A stretch of DNA of 63,539 nucleotides, the filler included, from Welwitschia mirabilis (taxonomy: Eukaryota): assembly GCA_051453625.1 (NCBI GenBank). It is 4 parts of one record of this genome, joined end to end, with 100 filler letters (N's around TTAATTAATTAA, not from the genome) between each part and the next. Parts side by side here need not be neighbours in the genome. Positions count along the whole stretch, not along the records: positions 1 to 30,192 come from JBOZIK010000001.1; 3 more parts are not named here. One strand, 5' to 3'. Position numbers and translations under genes: made by a program. Below the pieces are notes generated by a model, which was given only the letters and a program-made list of their open reading frames with translations, had not been told where the DNA came from and did no database searches. Positions 13,856 to 28,800 of this stretch are shown here, piece by piece; position 1 is the stretch's first letter, and every line of letters begins with the position of its first letter.

Positions 13856-14399
13856 TAAAATGGGGTTTTAAATAAAAGAATAAACATTTAAACAAATTAT
13901 AATTCTATGAAGATAATCTGATACTAAAAAAATAGGTGTTTCCTTAAGTAAGAATCTCACCTTTTAAATTATCATAAATAGGATATTCCTTTTTTAGCAA
14001 AATTTTAATAGAAATAAGTTATTTTGTAATTAATTCTTTTAAGAAATATTACTGTTTATATTTCTACAGTACCTATTAATAGTTTAGTAATTAAAGAAGA
14101 CTCAAATCACCTATTAAAAAAATTATAGTTTAGTCTTTTCTAAAATGATTAAGTATCTTATTAAAATGTTACTAAGGTGTCTTCTAAGCCTTTCCAAATA
14201 ATATTAATCAAGATTATATGTAAGTTAATTAAATTTCTTAGATGTTGTAAGGGTGTTGGGGTTATGACACCATAATAAAGAAGTATAATTATAATTAAAG
14301 TGAATCAAGCCCATAAATTAAGTGATATATCCAAACCCAAAAGTGTGACATCCAAAAAGCCCCTTAACTAGTGAGAACCTATGCATATGAGAAAGAAAG

Positions 14400-14950
14400 T
14401 AAAAATACTTTATTAAAATTTATTAATATGAGTAAAGTAAATTTTAACAAAGGGGCTTAAATTGATTATAAAGTGATGAAAATGTTGGAATTCATTAATT
14501 TTAAAGTGTACTCCTAAATTTAATTATTGATTATGTCCTCAACAAGGGTAGTACCCTTGTATCGAAAGGAAGTAAAAATACAAAATGTGAATTATCATGA
14601 TAAAGCTTCCAAGTCATCAGCTAGTTTCAATTACCTTAGATATATACCCTTCTTTAAGTCAAGTGGAATGCAATTTTGGTAAAGTACTTATACCTAAAAC
14701 TTAGTAAATTTTAAATTTTTATTAAGCCTATATTCCTTGGTGATGAAATCCAAGTGGATCATGTCATTATGCATCTAGCCTTCATCTAATATACCCTCAA
14801 TTATCAAATCATACATGAGAATCTAAAACTTAAGTTGTCCAAGATATTTCCACTTAAGAGAGACATGGCTCTCCATATGGTTTGAACTTAATAGTTATGG
14901 CAAGACTGCACAATAAGCTTTAAAAGGTAACATAAATTCCAACATGGATT
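14400..14950 (-). mobile_element. Very decayed Ty1/copia RT-end/RNase H remnant
   Basis: The minus strand gives DLIIEGILDEG*M (resembling ..GYSDADW) and a KPL-type terminal motif. Heavily degenerate. Confidence 0.35.
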
Positions 14951-17599
14951 ACTATTTATGTAAAACTTTCCATGTCAATCACTAACTAAAGCCTATCACT
15001 AATAAAAATTATTAAGTTTTTAGGGTAAAAAGTATTTTTAATTATTTTACTTAAATATGATAAATAAAATTATTAAGTATAAAAAGAAAGAATAAAAGAC
15101 TAAAAACACAAGTGAAACATGACTGATTATGGTATAATTAGTAGATCTTTCTCATCATCCAACTTATCTTGATCTATTAAAATCATAAAAATAGGTCTAA
15201 TTAAGAAAATCAAGTTAAAGGATATTGATCCATATCCTAACTTAACTTGATGAGAGATATTTAACTTAAAAAACTTAAAAATATCAAAATCTCTAAAGAA
15301 AACATATAAAGAGAGAAACGTGAAGCTCAAAATCTAAGGAAAAGAATTAAACAATTTAAATCAATAGGTATTTCTCCACATTTCAACTTGAATTAATAAC
15401 AAAGATGAGTCTTGGATTTACAAGTTTGAAAAAATACCCAAAAAGACTTGAAAAATAGCTTAGAGTACTTAAAAAATCAAGAAATGTACAAAACTATATA
15501 TGGGCATATAACAGAGCTAAAAGCTAGACAATAGCTAACTAAACTACATGTGCACAAAAATTATAATAATACTGGTTAAAGTAGGATGATTTCACATGTT
15601 TGCCTAGAAAGAAAAGTGCTAACCTAAAATTGAATGATTTGCATGTGTGTCCAAAGATTGGTTTAGCTAAAGACATTTACATGTACTAAAATACACCTCA
15701 TTCAAATGACATGCTATAAAATTAGCTCCAACAAATGTCAAATGTAGAATTCTATTAAGAAGACTTTGATCTCATGTTTTGAACATATTTCTAATCTCAC
15801 ATTTAAAATGCTACTTGCATGTACAAAGAAAAACCAAAACTTGTGAAAATTTCTCCCTATAAGCTAAAACGAAGGTAATGCATCTGAATTTAACCAAATT
15901 CCCATAGATCAATCATTGCATCATCTAATCACTAAATCATCCAAATTACAACTATAGAAAGATGGTAAACACTAGCTAAAAAGTAGATAAATATTTTCCT
16001 CATTCTACCAAAGTAGTCAAGATCTAGAAGATGTTGCATCATTTGAATAATAGGTGATAAAAACACAATGGTGCTGAGTAAGAGGCATGCAATTTGAATT
16101 GCCATCTAGAAAAAAAATATTAAGTGATCTCCAAAAAACATGGAATTAAAGAGAGGCCTAAAGATCACATTAACAAATACAAGAAAGACACTATCAAATG
16201 TAACTAATTCAATAATCTAGCAGAGGGTAACATACTAGAGGAAGTAAGGAAAACACATTAGAAAGTAGCACATTTAAAAAATTCATTGTAAATAAATGCA
16301 GAAAGATGTGTTGTAGGAACCATAAAGGAGGAGGTAAAAGTAATGGCATAGAAGTTTGTAAACCATTAAAATCAAGTATGTGCTAGGTGGAAAAAGTATA
16401 ACGCAATGGAAGCACTAAAAAATAGATGTCAATTCTTTAAAAGTGACTATTAACTAGGCAAAGTCACTATTGACTAGGTAGAAAGAGGGAATTATGAACT
16501 AATAATATAGCTTATTGATGTCCACTAGTAGGGCACTAAAGAGGCAGATGCACAGATGGACTGCAAATCAATGCAAGTTGACTCCTATAAAAACAAAATG
16601 TAAATACTTTTAGGTAAAGTTTTACAAAGCTTTAAAAAAATTTTAAAAATCTTTATAAAAAATTTAAAAGAAAGGTAAAAGGGGAGGTTCAGAAGAGAGA
16701 TAAAAGGTCTAAAATAGGTCAAAAGACCCAAAATAAAGGTCAAAAAGGCCTAAAATATAATAGAAAGGAGTTAAATAGACCTAAAAGAAGGCCTAAGAAG
16801 AGGCCCTATAAAACCAGAGATTTCAAGTAAAGATGGAGGTCATAAGAGGCACCAAAAAAATTCCCAAAGCTCTAATCTCACTTGTTAAACGTCANNNNNN
16901 NNNNNNNNNNNNNNNNNNNNNNNNNNNNNNNNNNNNNNNNNNNNNNNNNNNNNNNNNNNNNNNNNNNNNNNNNNNNNNNNNNNNNNNNNNNNNNTTAAAC
17001 ATCAAATGAATAAGAATAATGAGCAAGAATTTTCCCAAAATAAAACTTTATTTCTCCTTCTTACATATTATAATAAAAATCTTTCTTTTAAAGGAAAGAA
17101 TGAGATTAACGTTACACTAGGATTTACATGTTGCTTTGTACATATAAGCCTTGATAAATATAAAATCAAATAAGATGTCAAATTCAAAATCTTAATAGTA
17201 ATTAAATAAACTTTAAAAACACTTAAGTAGAAGGATATAAAACATGAATGTGTTATGTTAAGTAAAAAACAAATCAACAAAATATAACATAACTAGTATG
17301 CACCATCTTCATTAACAAAATTTGTTTCTTCATAATAGAAAAACTCTTATGTCTCAAACTAAATCCTATATAAAACTCTATAACTATTCATAATTGTTTC
17401 ATAAATATTTGCATCTCTATAAGTAATACATAAATTGTATCATGCCACATTAATTACATACATTTTAGATGTAAATTTAGTTATTTAATTTATAAATTTT
17501 ATTGACATTAAATTGTTTCTTTTATTTAAATTTTTAGGCATTTCTATTTTAGTCTTTATTTTATTAAGATTTCCTATGCTTCATTCCACTTTTGCATAA

Positions 17600-18500
17600 G
17601 CCATCAACATGATAGAAAAGGACAGTAATAAATATAAAGTAAAGATGAATTACAAATTTCATATTGATACAAACTATAAAACATTAGATGAAGATATTAT
17701 TTTCGCACTCATAGTTTAATGTTAAAATTTTCTCACTGAAATGGAAGATAAAAAGATCATGTATCATCCCTATAATAATAATACTTGCATCAATATTATT
17801 CTTGGGGAGTACATTAATCTTACTTGTTTAAACTACACCATTTGAAAGATAAGAATAACATTTTCCAATTAAATAAGAACTTGAAAATTACTAAGATAGA
17901 AATTTAATCCAAAGGAATGATAATAAAGAATGCCTAAATAAATTCATCTTAGTAATGAATGTTAATAATGAAGTTTATTCTCTAATTCATGGTATGAAAT
18001 AACCTAAGAACTTTTATATCTTCTTAAAGAACACCTTCAATGTCAAAAACAAAGCATGTAAGAGGTCATCAATGAGTAAGTTTATTACTCTCAATATCAA
18101 AAATCACAAAACTACTATACATATAAAAGGAAATTGTCAATATCAAAGCATACATTAAATAAAAATATTATAGTGGATGAAGAACAGACTAAGTTTACTC
18201 TAATTTATGATTTTATGCTAAAGTTTTATGTGATTCATAAATCTTTAAAACATGATAATAAATCCTATTTACTTGAACAACTAATAATAATAGTCTCTCA
18301 AGCTAAAATCTTGCTACATTTAAGAAAAATATGAAATCAAATAATAAGAAATCAAAATTTTGTAAATTTTTTAATAGAATGTTACTTTAAGAGTTAAAAT
18401 CATTCATGAAATAAGAATAAGAAGAACAAGAAAATTAGGGATAAAAACTTTAGAATTACTATCATAAGTAATAAGATGATCCATCAAGAAGATTTTTCTA
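17600..18500 (+). mobile_element. Decayed Ty1/copia gag remnant
   Basis: LKNTFNVKNKACKRSSMSKFITLNIKNHKT and LKHDNKSYLLEQLII resemble copia gag (Retrotran_gag_2-like). Confidence 0.45.
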
Positions 18501-21500
18501 TAATTTTTATAAGCAATAAAAAAATGATTTGTAGACTTAAGAATATTAAATAATGAATACTTCATAAAGATTTTACAAAATTTAAATATAATTATAAAGT
18601 ATATAACCACTGACAATGGAGTGAAACTAAAAGTAGATTAGTTAAGAACTATGGAATTATCCTTCTTAACTTTTAGGAACATCATTTACATTTTAAATTT
18701 TAAGATTAATTTAATACTAATTTAATTCCTACAAAATAATAATTATAAATTTAAGTTTGTTTAAAATAAGAATAAATCATGCTGTATCATAGAGAAAAAG
18801 AAATATAACATTGAAGGACTTTAACATGGTACTTTTTTAATACAAGTTAAAAAAAAAGGTAATCTAAAAGCTCTTTCAATTATTAAAATAAATGAACTAA
18901 TGGTCTAGCATAAAAAAAGGATATAAACTTTGAATTTCCAAATAAACTACATCAAATAAGTGAAAAAAATTCCAAAATCACATTCAAACGTAGTTTGTAT
19001 AGCTTAGCAGATGCATAGACTATATCATAAGACATTTCCAAATAATAGAAGGAAAATAATAAGCACAAATATAAAAATAATTATGAAACCCTAAATTTTC
19101 TTACTCTAATGAAGAACTATTTTTAACCTTCCCTTACTTCCTTCTTTAATATTATTAACTAATAGACACAATGGAGCTACGATTAAATTTTACTTATTCC
19201 TTTATTGGCATTTTTATATTATGAAAAAAACAATTCATATTATTATCATATATTTACATATAATTAAGTTCTAGGTTATTTTGATTTACAAAGAATAGTA
19301 ATGTCATATTTTTATGTCCTTTATTTCTTGCTAGTTTTTAATCATATATAGTAATATCTTGTATATACTTAAGGAGATGTAAACTTATTATAAAATATTC
19401 ATAAATACATTTGAGGATAAAACTTAACCATTATAATAGAAGGTTGTAACTCCCATTAATGGAATTTTAACTTGATATATGGTAACCCTCTAGATATGAG
19501 TTAGTTCTACTTTAGGTTCTAAACTATATAAACATGAATGAAATCAACTCTATAGGCTTACACTTCATATCTATTTACTCACAATATTGGTGATAAATGA
19601 TACATGACGTAGATACATGCTTAAAAATAACTCTCACTACATTGAAACATCTATGAATGATGCAACATGATTCATTGATACTAAAGGCTCAAGATATTAA
19701 GTTAAAGTAGGTTCATACATAGGTTGGATAGGACAATGATGATCAAATCCACTTCCAGAAAGGTATTATAAAAAAATACAATGTAATCCACCTTAATGAT
19801 GAAATCCAAATATGGGGATGATTACTGTTAGGATTATATTCATTTAGTATCCATATAATTGTAACTAATCTAGATATTTAATAACTTATTAACTAATTAT
19901 AACAATTTTAATCATCATTGGGTTTATTTTATAGAAAAAATCATACAAAAGAGAAAACAAGCATACTAAAACATCTTTATATTGAAGATTATAGTAATGA
20001 AAATATAAATAAAAGAAATATCCTTTTTTTAAAAGAAAAATTCTTTTCTTAATAATTTACTTAAATAAGCTAATCCATACTTAAAGCTATGTCAATCCTA
20101 GAAGTATTCTTTCATGCTTCTATAACAATCTTCATGGTTATGTGTAATGAAGATAAACAAAAGGAAGTGTAGCTTAATCATGGTTATTAAGATACAATTC
20201 TTTATTCCAAACTCATATGAATATATTTTAAGTCATGAAAATGAGTGATAAATTAAGGACTATTTCTATTACTTAAGCTACTAAGGTGAAAACCTTTATA
20301 AGCATTCACATTTAAAATAAGATAAAATAAAAGGATGAAGTAGGTATTTCTCCTAACAAAATATTATTTATAATTGATGTAACTTAAGGTTAATAAAAAT
20401 AACTTATCTTATATACCAAAATTACCTATATAATTTTATCTAATAATTTTTCTATAATTTAAGACATTAATTATAAAGTTTTTAGGCTTTAAGAAGACAT
20501 TATAATTAGAACTTATAAATTATAGTAGTTTTTCATAAACTAGACTCATATTAGAATCCATAAAAGCTAACTTAAGCTATTTTGGAATTCTAAAAATATT
20601 ATTTCTAGGGTCATTAATTTAAGTTAAAATTATAGCCATATCACATTATACTAAAATAACCATAACTTTCAAAATACTTTTATTTTTTAAATGATTCAAG
20701 ATATTTTAGAAAATTTATTTAATTCAAGTTTTTAGATAATGTAAGTCTTACTTACAAAAACATAAATTAATTTCTTACTATTTTCCACATTTATTTCCTA
20801 ATCTATTTTTATAAATAAATTTTTGAAAAATTATTACACATCTCAAAAGTTACTATTCATAAATTTTCATCATCATAACATACTCTTAAGCTTAAAAATG
20901 TTTCATTAATTTATACGTATTATTTAATGAGCTATGATGTTCTTAACCTATGCCTCTATTCTAGAAATTTAACTTTCACTATAAAAACACAATAAAGATT
21001 ATACAACTATTTATGCACTAATTTAAATCAATAAAATAATAAATATACTAGCTAAACTAATTAAAGTATATCCTGATAAAATATTACTAACTAAAATTAA
21101 TATAGAAAGCAAAATCAATGCACAAAAATGTTTACAATGAGCATTGGGATTATCATGAAGGAGTACTAGCCTTAAAAATATTATTGAGGAATATATTTTT
21201 ACCTCTAACAAGATTGACTTAATGTCTAATTAATAAAAAATATAATATTTTATATAATAATACCAAATAAACATGTGTACCTAAAGGTTTTTATTATTTT
21301 TTAATCATAGTAAACTCCCTAGTCACTTGACCATAATCATCCATTAGTAACCTCAATCACCAAGTATAAGAAATTCTTCATATCTTCCACATCTTGGTGA
21401 GAGTCAATGGGATACTATTTTATAATATAATTGCATGAAAACCATAAATAATGGCCGAATGCAATATTATATCATTCTACTAAAATATTAAAAATGATCA

Positions 21501-22539
21501 TATGAACAACATGAGTAATGTGATTAGTTAAAAAAATTGGTAAATCCTAAATGATTAAAGATGAAAGTTCCAAGCTCAGGAGTCCTTATCTCTCTAAGGT
21601 TCCAAGCTCTAAACTTCACAAGTAAGAGAATGAAAAGAAAAAAAGAGGAAAAAAAAGGCACTTACATGAAAAATTAAAAGTATCTCCATTTTTTATAAGA
21701 TATGAAAGAATTTATATAGATAGAAAAAAAAGGCACATAGTTCAAGATCATAGGATTACATGATTTATCATTGCTAAGTAAGATAATTAATAAGTGATAC
21801 TAAAGTACAAAATAATACATCATACTTGTAACTAGTATGAGTATTTTTCTTACTTTAATTACCAATGTTAATTATGTTCATCATTTCCTTATGCTATCTT
21901 CTTGTTAATCCTTTATAGGCTTATAAGTATGTTTAATTTATTTAAGACATCTATCAAAAGAATAAATGCACAAATCTCCAAATTTTCATGTGGCATAATG
22001 AGATAAACTTTTAAATTATACTAAATAAAATAATAAATATGTTATAAATCAAGTTTCATTACGCATCTCAAGAAGATACAGATAATGGAAGAGTAAATTT
22101 ACTCATTTCTCATTCTTTGTTTTAGGTAAGAGCACATATACTTATTTACATGCTCATTTATTTCATAATGCATAGAATATATCAATCACACAATATAAAG
22201 AATCAAATGTGTATTAATAATATAGTATACTTATTACATTTATCAAGAATCTAAATGAGTAAACAAGATGTGAAATATATTATTATTTCCTATTAAACTT
22301 TTCAATTTATTAGTTTTATTATGTGATTTGATGTCCTTACATAATAGGGTTTTCTAGTTTTAAATGTTTAGATAGATTTTCTTATAAAAATGTTCACCGT
22401 ATAATTATTATCATTTTTATATTAAATTATGGAAATTATGAAATTAAAGTCAATTACTAAAAATATCATCTAATTTTGATAAGGTTTTTAAAAAAGAGCA
22501 ATTCATCATCTAATTAGAATCTTAACATGCCTAATATCT

Positions 22540-22859
22540 AAGTAACTAAGTTTTACAAAATGTAGGATATGATGGTAATCCATAGTGTTTTATGTGGTCC
22601 ATTATTAGTTTTGTCCTTAAAAGGAAAAAATATTTTTTACCTTCATTTATGATTATAATAGGATGTGTTTCAAGTACTTATTATGAAATAAATCTAAGAC
22701 TTAGATGCTTTTAAGATGTTTCATGCACTAGTAGAAAGATAGATGGATCTATAACTAAAAAAGTTTAAAATAGATTATTGGTAAAATCCCAATTTTAATG
22801 ATTCCACTTATTAAATAATGTGTCTAACATGAAAATAGAATATTGAAGAACACCTACAT
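22540..22859 (+). mobile_element. Ty1/copia integrase core fragment, interrupted by the downstream SIRE-like LTR
   Basis: CGPLLVLSLKGKKYFFTFIYDYNR...NKSKTLDAFKMFHALVER, read across a frameshift. Confidence 0.75.
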
Positions 22860-25800
22860 TGTAAATAAGAATCAAGTTAGCCAAAATTCAAAGTCCAAAG
22901 TTCATAAAATCTTCAAGAAAAAGGTCATAAAGGGTAGATAAAGTTGACTAAAGATTTCTATAGATCTAAATACATCTATGGTAAAGACATCTACTATTTT
23001 TGAAGATGTATAAGCCATTGAAAGAAGTAAAAGACATATATATTGAAAAAGACATCTATAATAAATCAAGAAGCTGAGATAGGTAAAAGATATCTAGCAA
23101 ATTGAAGACAGCTATACTACTTAAACTATTAGAAGAGATCTACTAAATTGAAGACATTTGTGCTAAACTAAAAGAGGTAATAGAGTTTAATTATGTTATG
23201 ATGAATTATTTACTTTCCAAAGGATCAAGAATTTTTTACTTGATAAATTTATAATACCTATGAGTTAGAGATACAATAGTTTAAAGCTTTTTAAAATCTG
23301 AGTAATTTAACCAAAAATGTCTTTTAGGATGAAGATATCTACCTGATAGAGATGTCTACTATATTGCAGATGTCTATCCCAAAAAATAGTAAAAAAAAAA
23401 ATAGTCATTGAATAACTAAATGTTAGTTGTTTATAGCCATTGTACTACATTTAAATCATTGCAAATAACTATCTCACTAGGGAAAAGGCTAAGAAGACAT
23501 CACAATTATAAAAGGAAAAAAGTATAAAGAGGCAAGATTACTTAATTTTTTGAATAATTGGTATTACATAAGAATAAATCTATGTTCTTAATAAAAATAC
23601 TTATTTCCTTAAGACATTGCTTAATCTTTGGCACTCCAACTATCACATAACTATCTTCTTAAATATTCATGGGCGACTACATTAAGGAGAACTTAAGCTT
23701 CCATCCAAGTGGAATATTCTAGGCTTGTTGTTCATTATTTACATTGTTTATTAGCACTTTATTGTAGGACTATCAAATTATTCAATTAATTCATTCTATT
23801 TCATAAATTCTAACATATTCTTTGCTATGATCACTTACTTAAGAATTTCAAAGTATAAGAATATCCTTGTATTAGTGTACTTCTTGGGATGCTTAAGAAT
23901 ACAACTTGTATTTAATCCATTGTAATCCTTAATAGGAAGAGAGGACTATGTTTCAAGGAGCATCTCATTTATATGTAATATTAGTAATGCTCTAAAATCA
24001 CTATTTTTATAATTTAAATATATTTAAGCATGTGAAGTAAAGCTACTACCATCTGTGTATGAATGTAGTGAGGTGAAGAACCACATTAAATCAGTAAGGT
24101 CCTTATTGTGAATTTCATTTATTTCTAGTTAAGAATTTATATTTGGTAAAATTAATTTACCTCTTCCCTTTGAGTTCAATAATTCTTAATTAGTATCGAA
24201 GTAGATACTTATGAAAATGAATAACATGCTTGAGTGAATTATAAAAGGGATGGCATCCATTAGATATCTACTCTTCAATGGAATAAACAATGCCTATTGG
24301 AAGGTAAGGATGTAGGTGTATTTACATTATTTTAAGTTTTAACTATAATAAAGCATTAAAGATGAATACTTAGAACCTATAAAAACTATTATAGATGTCA
24401 CAGGTAATTCCATCACTCAAATCAAACCTAAAAAAACTAGAGAGACAAAGAAAAGGTAGCTTTCACATGTGATTTAAAGGTAAAGAATGTTTTTTACTTA
24501 GCCTTGACAATGAAAGAGTTTAATCAAATAGCTAGATGCAAAAGAGCATAATAAATATGGAATGTTTTATTGGAAACATATGAAGGAACCTTAGTTATCA
24601 AGTAATCAAAGCTTCTTCTCTAGAATGATTAGTTTAAAAACTTGAAGATGAATAATAATGAGAAAGTACATGAGTACTACACAAGACTATCCACCATTAT
24701 GAATTCCATATGTGACATTATTAAAAATCTTCTAAAGTCAAGGTAATTTAAAATGTAATGAGATCCTTAACTCCAGAATATAGGCAAAAAATAATTGAAA
24801 TGAAATAATCAAGAAACTTTAATATAATAAATATTAAGAAATTATAAAGTACTTTAATGGCTTATGAGATAAACCTCATTTAAGATAGTACTATAAAGGA
24901 GAAGCCTATTACTCTTAAAGCTAGTAAAAAATCATGACAAGCTTTAAAAGATAAAGTAAAATAAGTTTCTAATGAAAATGACTCTAAAGAAGATGTAAAA
25001 GAAGGACTTGCTCTCAGTAGAAAATAAATCAAGCATTTTTCTCATGAAAGAACAATAGGAAAGAGGACTACTAAAAACCATCAATATTTCAAGCTAGAGA
25101 TAAGTCCAAAAGTAAATCTTCTACTAGATTCTTTTCTTTCTTCTAAGAATGATATTTTCAAACAAGAATGTTGGGTTTATGAAGGACAAGAACATATATC
25201 TTAGAAATATCTTAGCTCTAATATATTTCAAGAAAAAGCATAAAAGAAAGAGCCTAATAGGAGTAAATCCTTCTTCATAGGTTAGGATTATGATGAGAAT
25301 GTAACTAAAGCAGATACCTCAAATGACAAAAGAGATCATTCATTACACATGACCTTTGTACACATTCAAATAACAATGAAGAAGAAAAAGAAGAATTAGA
25401 ATTAAATAAGAAATAAGTATGAAACTTTAAGATAGATATGAATTAAATTATGAAGAATTTATTAAGTTGGAAAAGGCATGTTCAAAAATTAAAAATTTGT
25501 TTCATTCTTATGAATTAGCATATGAACAAAAAAAATGGTTTTGATAATAGATTATCATCTAAGAACTCAGTTCTTAAAGCTAAGATTAGTAAGATAACAT
25601 ATGAATTAAAGAATGTTAGATAAGAAATTATTGATGTTAAAAGAATCAATGAGAAGTTTACCCAAGGAAATAAGACCTTGAACATCATGCTTGGACAATG
25701 TAGAAGTCCAAATGATAAAAGTGGCTTAGGACTCCACTAGTAGTTTAGTGTTTATTTTTTAACAATTAAAATTACAAGCTAAGATATGAGCACATAGCTC

Positions 25801-28800
25801 ACACTAATAATATTACATGTTACTGCTACTATAAACATGGTTATTACCAATTTAATTATCCATTTAAATTCAGAAGTATGATACACTACCGAGGATAGAC
25901 TACACCAAAGAAGATATGGATTCCAAAATCTAGACCAACTCTTTTAGTTTGTATTGTAGTATGATCTATGAAAGAAACATGCCTAGTATGTTGATAGCAG
26001 ATGTTCAAGACATATGATTAGTGATAATTACCTTAGTTAAGTAATAAAAAGGAGTGGTTACTTTTGGTAACAACATGAAAGCTTACATTAAAGGTATTGC
26101 AACCATCGAAGAGGGTAATTTTCCTAAGGTCAAAGATGTTTTTTATGTATAAGGATTGCAACATATTATACTTAGTGTTAGTTGGTTATTTGATGTAATT
26201 TTTTTTTGTTACTTTCATCAAAGATAATTGTGTCATAAAATAGTATAATTTAAATAAGGTATTATTTACTAGAATTAGAAAATTAAATGTTTATATCACT
26301 ACATTATAAGATATTTTTAATAAGAAATTCAAGTATTTATTATGCACTATAGGTCATGCAAAAATATAATATAGAAACCTTAGTCACTTGAATAAGTACC
26401 TGTTAAAGATGTTATTTTCAAATGATATGATAGAAGAACTTTCCAAGTTGTAATTTTTCGATGATGAGGTGTATGAAGCTTGTTAAAAAGGAAAGAAAAC
26501 AAGAGCAAGATTTTGTAAGAAAAATTATATTACTACTGAATGCTCTGTAGGTCTCTTGCATCTTAATATTATTAGTCCTTCTCCCATTGAAAGTCTTGAT
26601 AAGAAAAGATATTACTGAACTATTATTGATTATTATTCTCACTTTACATGGATACCTTTCTTGTACATAAGAATGAATCCTTTGATATTTTTTAAAGCTT
26701 TGTATTAGGTTATAAAATTAAAAAGCATATAATATCAATACAATAAGAAATGATAATGGTAACACATTTAAAAATGCAAGGTTTAGAGATTTTTATAAAT
26801 AGTTTGATATCCTTCATCAATTATCTACATTAAGGACACTAAATAGAATAGAGTTGCAAAAAGAAAGAATGGAGTTTTCAATGAAATGACAAGAATGATG
26901 ATGCATGATTAATAGGTTCAATATCAATTAATAGGTTATAAAATCCATTAAAAATGCATGCTATATTTCCAACTAGTTCTACAAAGATACTTTAGTTTCA
27001 AAACTTCATATGAACTACAATCTAGTAAGAAACCCTTAATAAGTTATTTTTTTGTATTTGATTATAAATGTTTCATTATAAATAAAAATAAAAAACTAAG
27101 GAAATTTGATTCCAAAGTTGATAATGACATTTTTTAAGGCTATTCTATGGTTAATAAAGCCTATTGAATATTCAAAAATAGAACTCATGTAGTAGAAAAA
27201 AACTTTTAATGTTAAAAAAGATGGTATTGACTTGAATTATATTTTTTTTATAGGATGATAATATACTTATATAACTTGAACAACTTCCTAGCAACCCTCA
27301 AGCACAATCAAATAGTGAGGAGAAGAATGAAGAAGAAACTAAAAAGCAAATATATTTAAAATAATCAAACTAAAAAAGAGACATTCTATAAAGTATATCA
27401 TTGGTATTTCCTATGGTAATATTCAAGATAGAAGCCATGCTAAGGAGTTTTATGGATTTGCAACTTATATCTCATAAGTAGAATCCAAAAATCTTAGTGA
27501 ATTAAAAAGTAATATCTACTAAATGCTAGTAATATAAGAAGAATTTAATTAGTTTGAGAGCTGTAATGTTTGGAAACTCATCCAAGGCTATTTAATAGAC
27601 TAGTAATTAGCACAAAATGAATCTTTAAAAATAAAATAGATGAAAATAGTAATGTAATCAAAAATAAAAATAGGCTAGTACCAAAAGTTTACAATTAGTA
27701 AGAAGGTATGGTATTTACATGTTAAAATTGGCATTCTAAGCAGGTAAAATGGATTAATTTAGATAATGAGAAATATTAATTTCATGGTTTTATCATATAG
27801 TAACGTTTTCTATTCTTTTTTATTACATTTGCATGAAATTATAGGATTTTTCTTAACATTAATAGGATAATTGATGCAATATGAAGAACTATGTTCAAAA
27901 TGATTAAATTCTAGCATTAAACGCCAATGCTGCCGATGAGGATAATCAATAATATTAATTTTCTAAGGTATAACATCTCAAATCTCATCTTTTTACATTA
28001 CTTTAAAAAGTTCATCACTATAAGCTAAGTTAGAAACAACCTAATGATATATGATACAAGTACAAGACAACATGTTGTAATTACATGTGGCGATATATGA
28101 GGATGATCACGTGGAAGAAATATGAGATGAACCTATTGGTAGTATCATTAGTAGTTATAGGACATCTTATCATTATCTTTTCATTAGAAGAAAAAGGAAT
28201 CCTCTTTGTGGCTACATCTTAAATATCTGTAACCTCCTCCTTATGTATCTCTCATAAGTAACATTCCTTATGTAACTGCCATCTAATGCAATCATGACTT
28301 AGATTCCAAGCCTTCCCTCATCTATAGAGGAACCTAGAGTGCCCATTGTAAACATCATTTAATTATCTTAATTAGGGAAAGACTTGGAGGCTAAGACATC
28401 ATGGTTCTCTGACGCTCTTTCTTGGGAGCAAAATGATTCAAGGCTAATTAAGGAGTTTTTCTTATTCTTCTTCTTTATTAATGTGATGTATATTTCTTTC
28501 AAATTTTAATATAATAATTTATTAAATACTTTCATTATTATTGCACATTCCATTTGGTATGAGTAATATTTAGGCTAAACTAGTTCTAGAATTAGTTTAA
28601 ACTCTTTCATTGTTATTGCAACTTAATTTGGCATTAGCTATATTTAGGTATGACTAATTCTAAGTTGATTTTATTCTTTCATTATTATTGTATAATCATT
28701 TGGCATTATAAATTTTTTGATAAAGCTTACTTAATTGTTAAGTTCATAATCTAGAAATAATTAGAGTGAATATGGAGAGTTAAATAAATTAGCTAGTTTA

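Noticed and set aside
15100..22500. Probable further copia LTR/UTR remnants outside the gag fragment
   Set aside because: Too decayed to assign family, strand or boundaries by eye.
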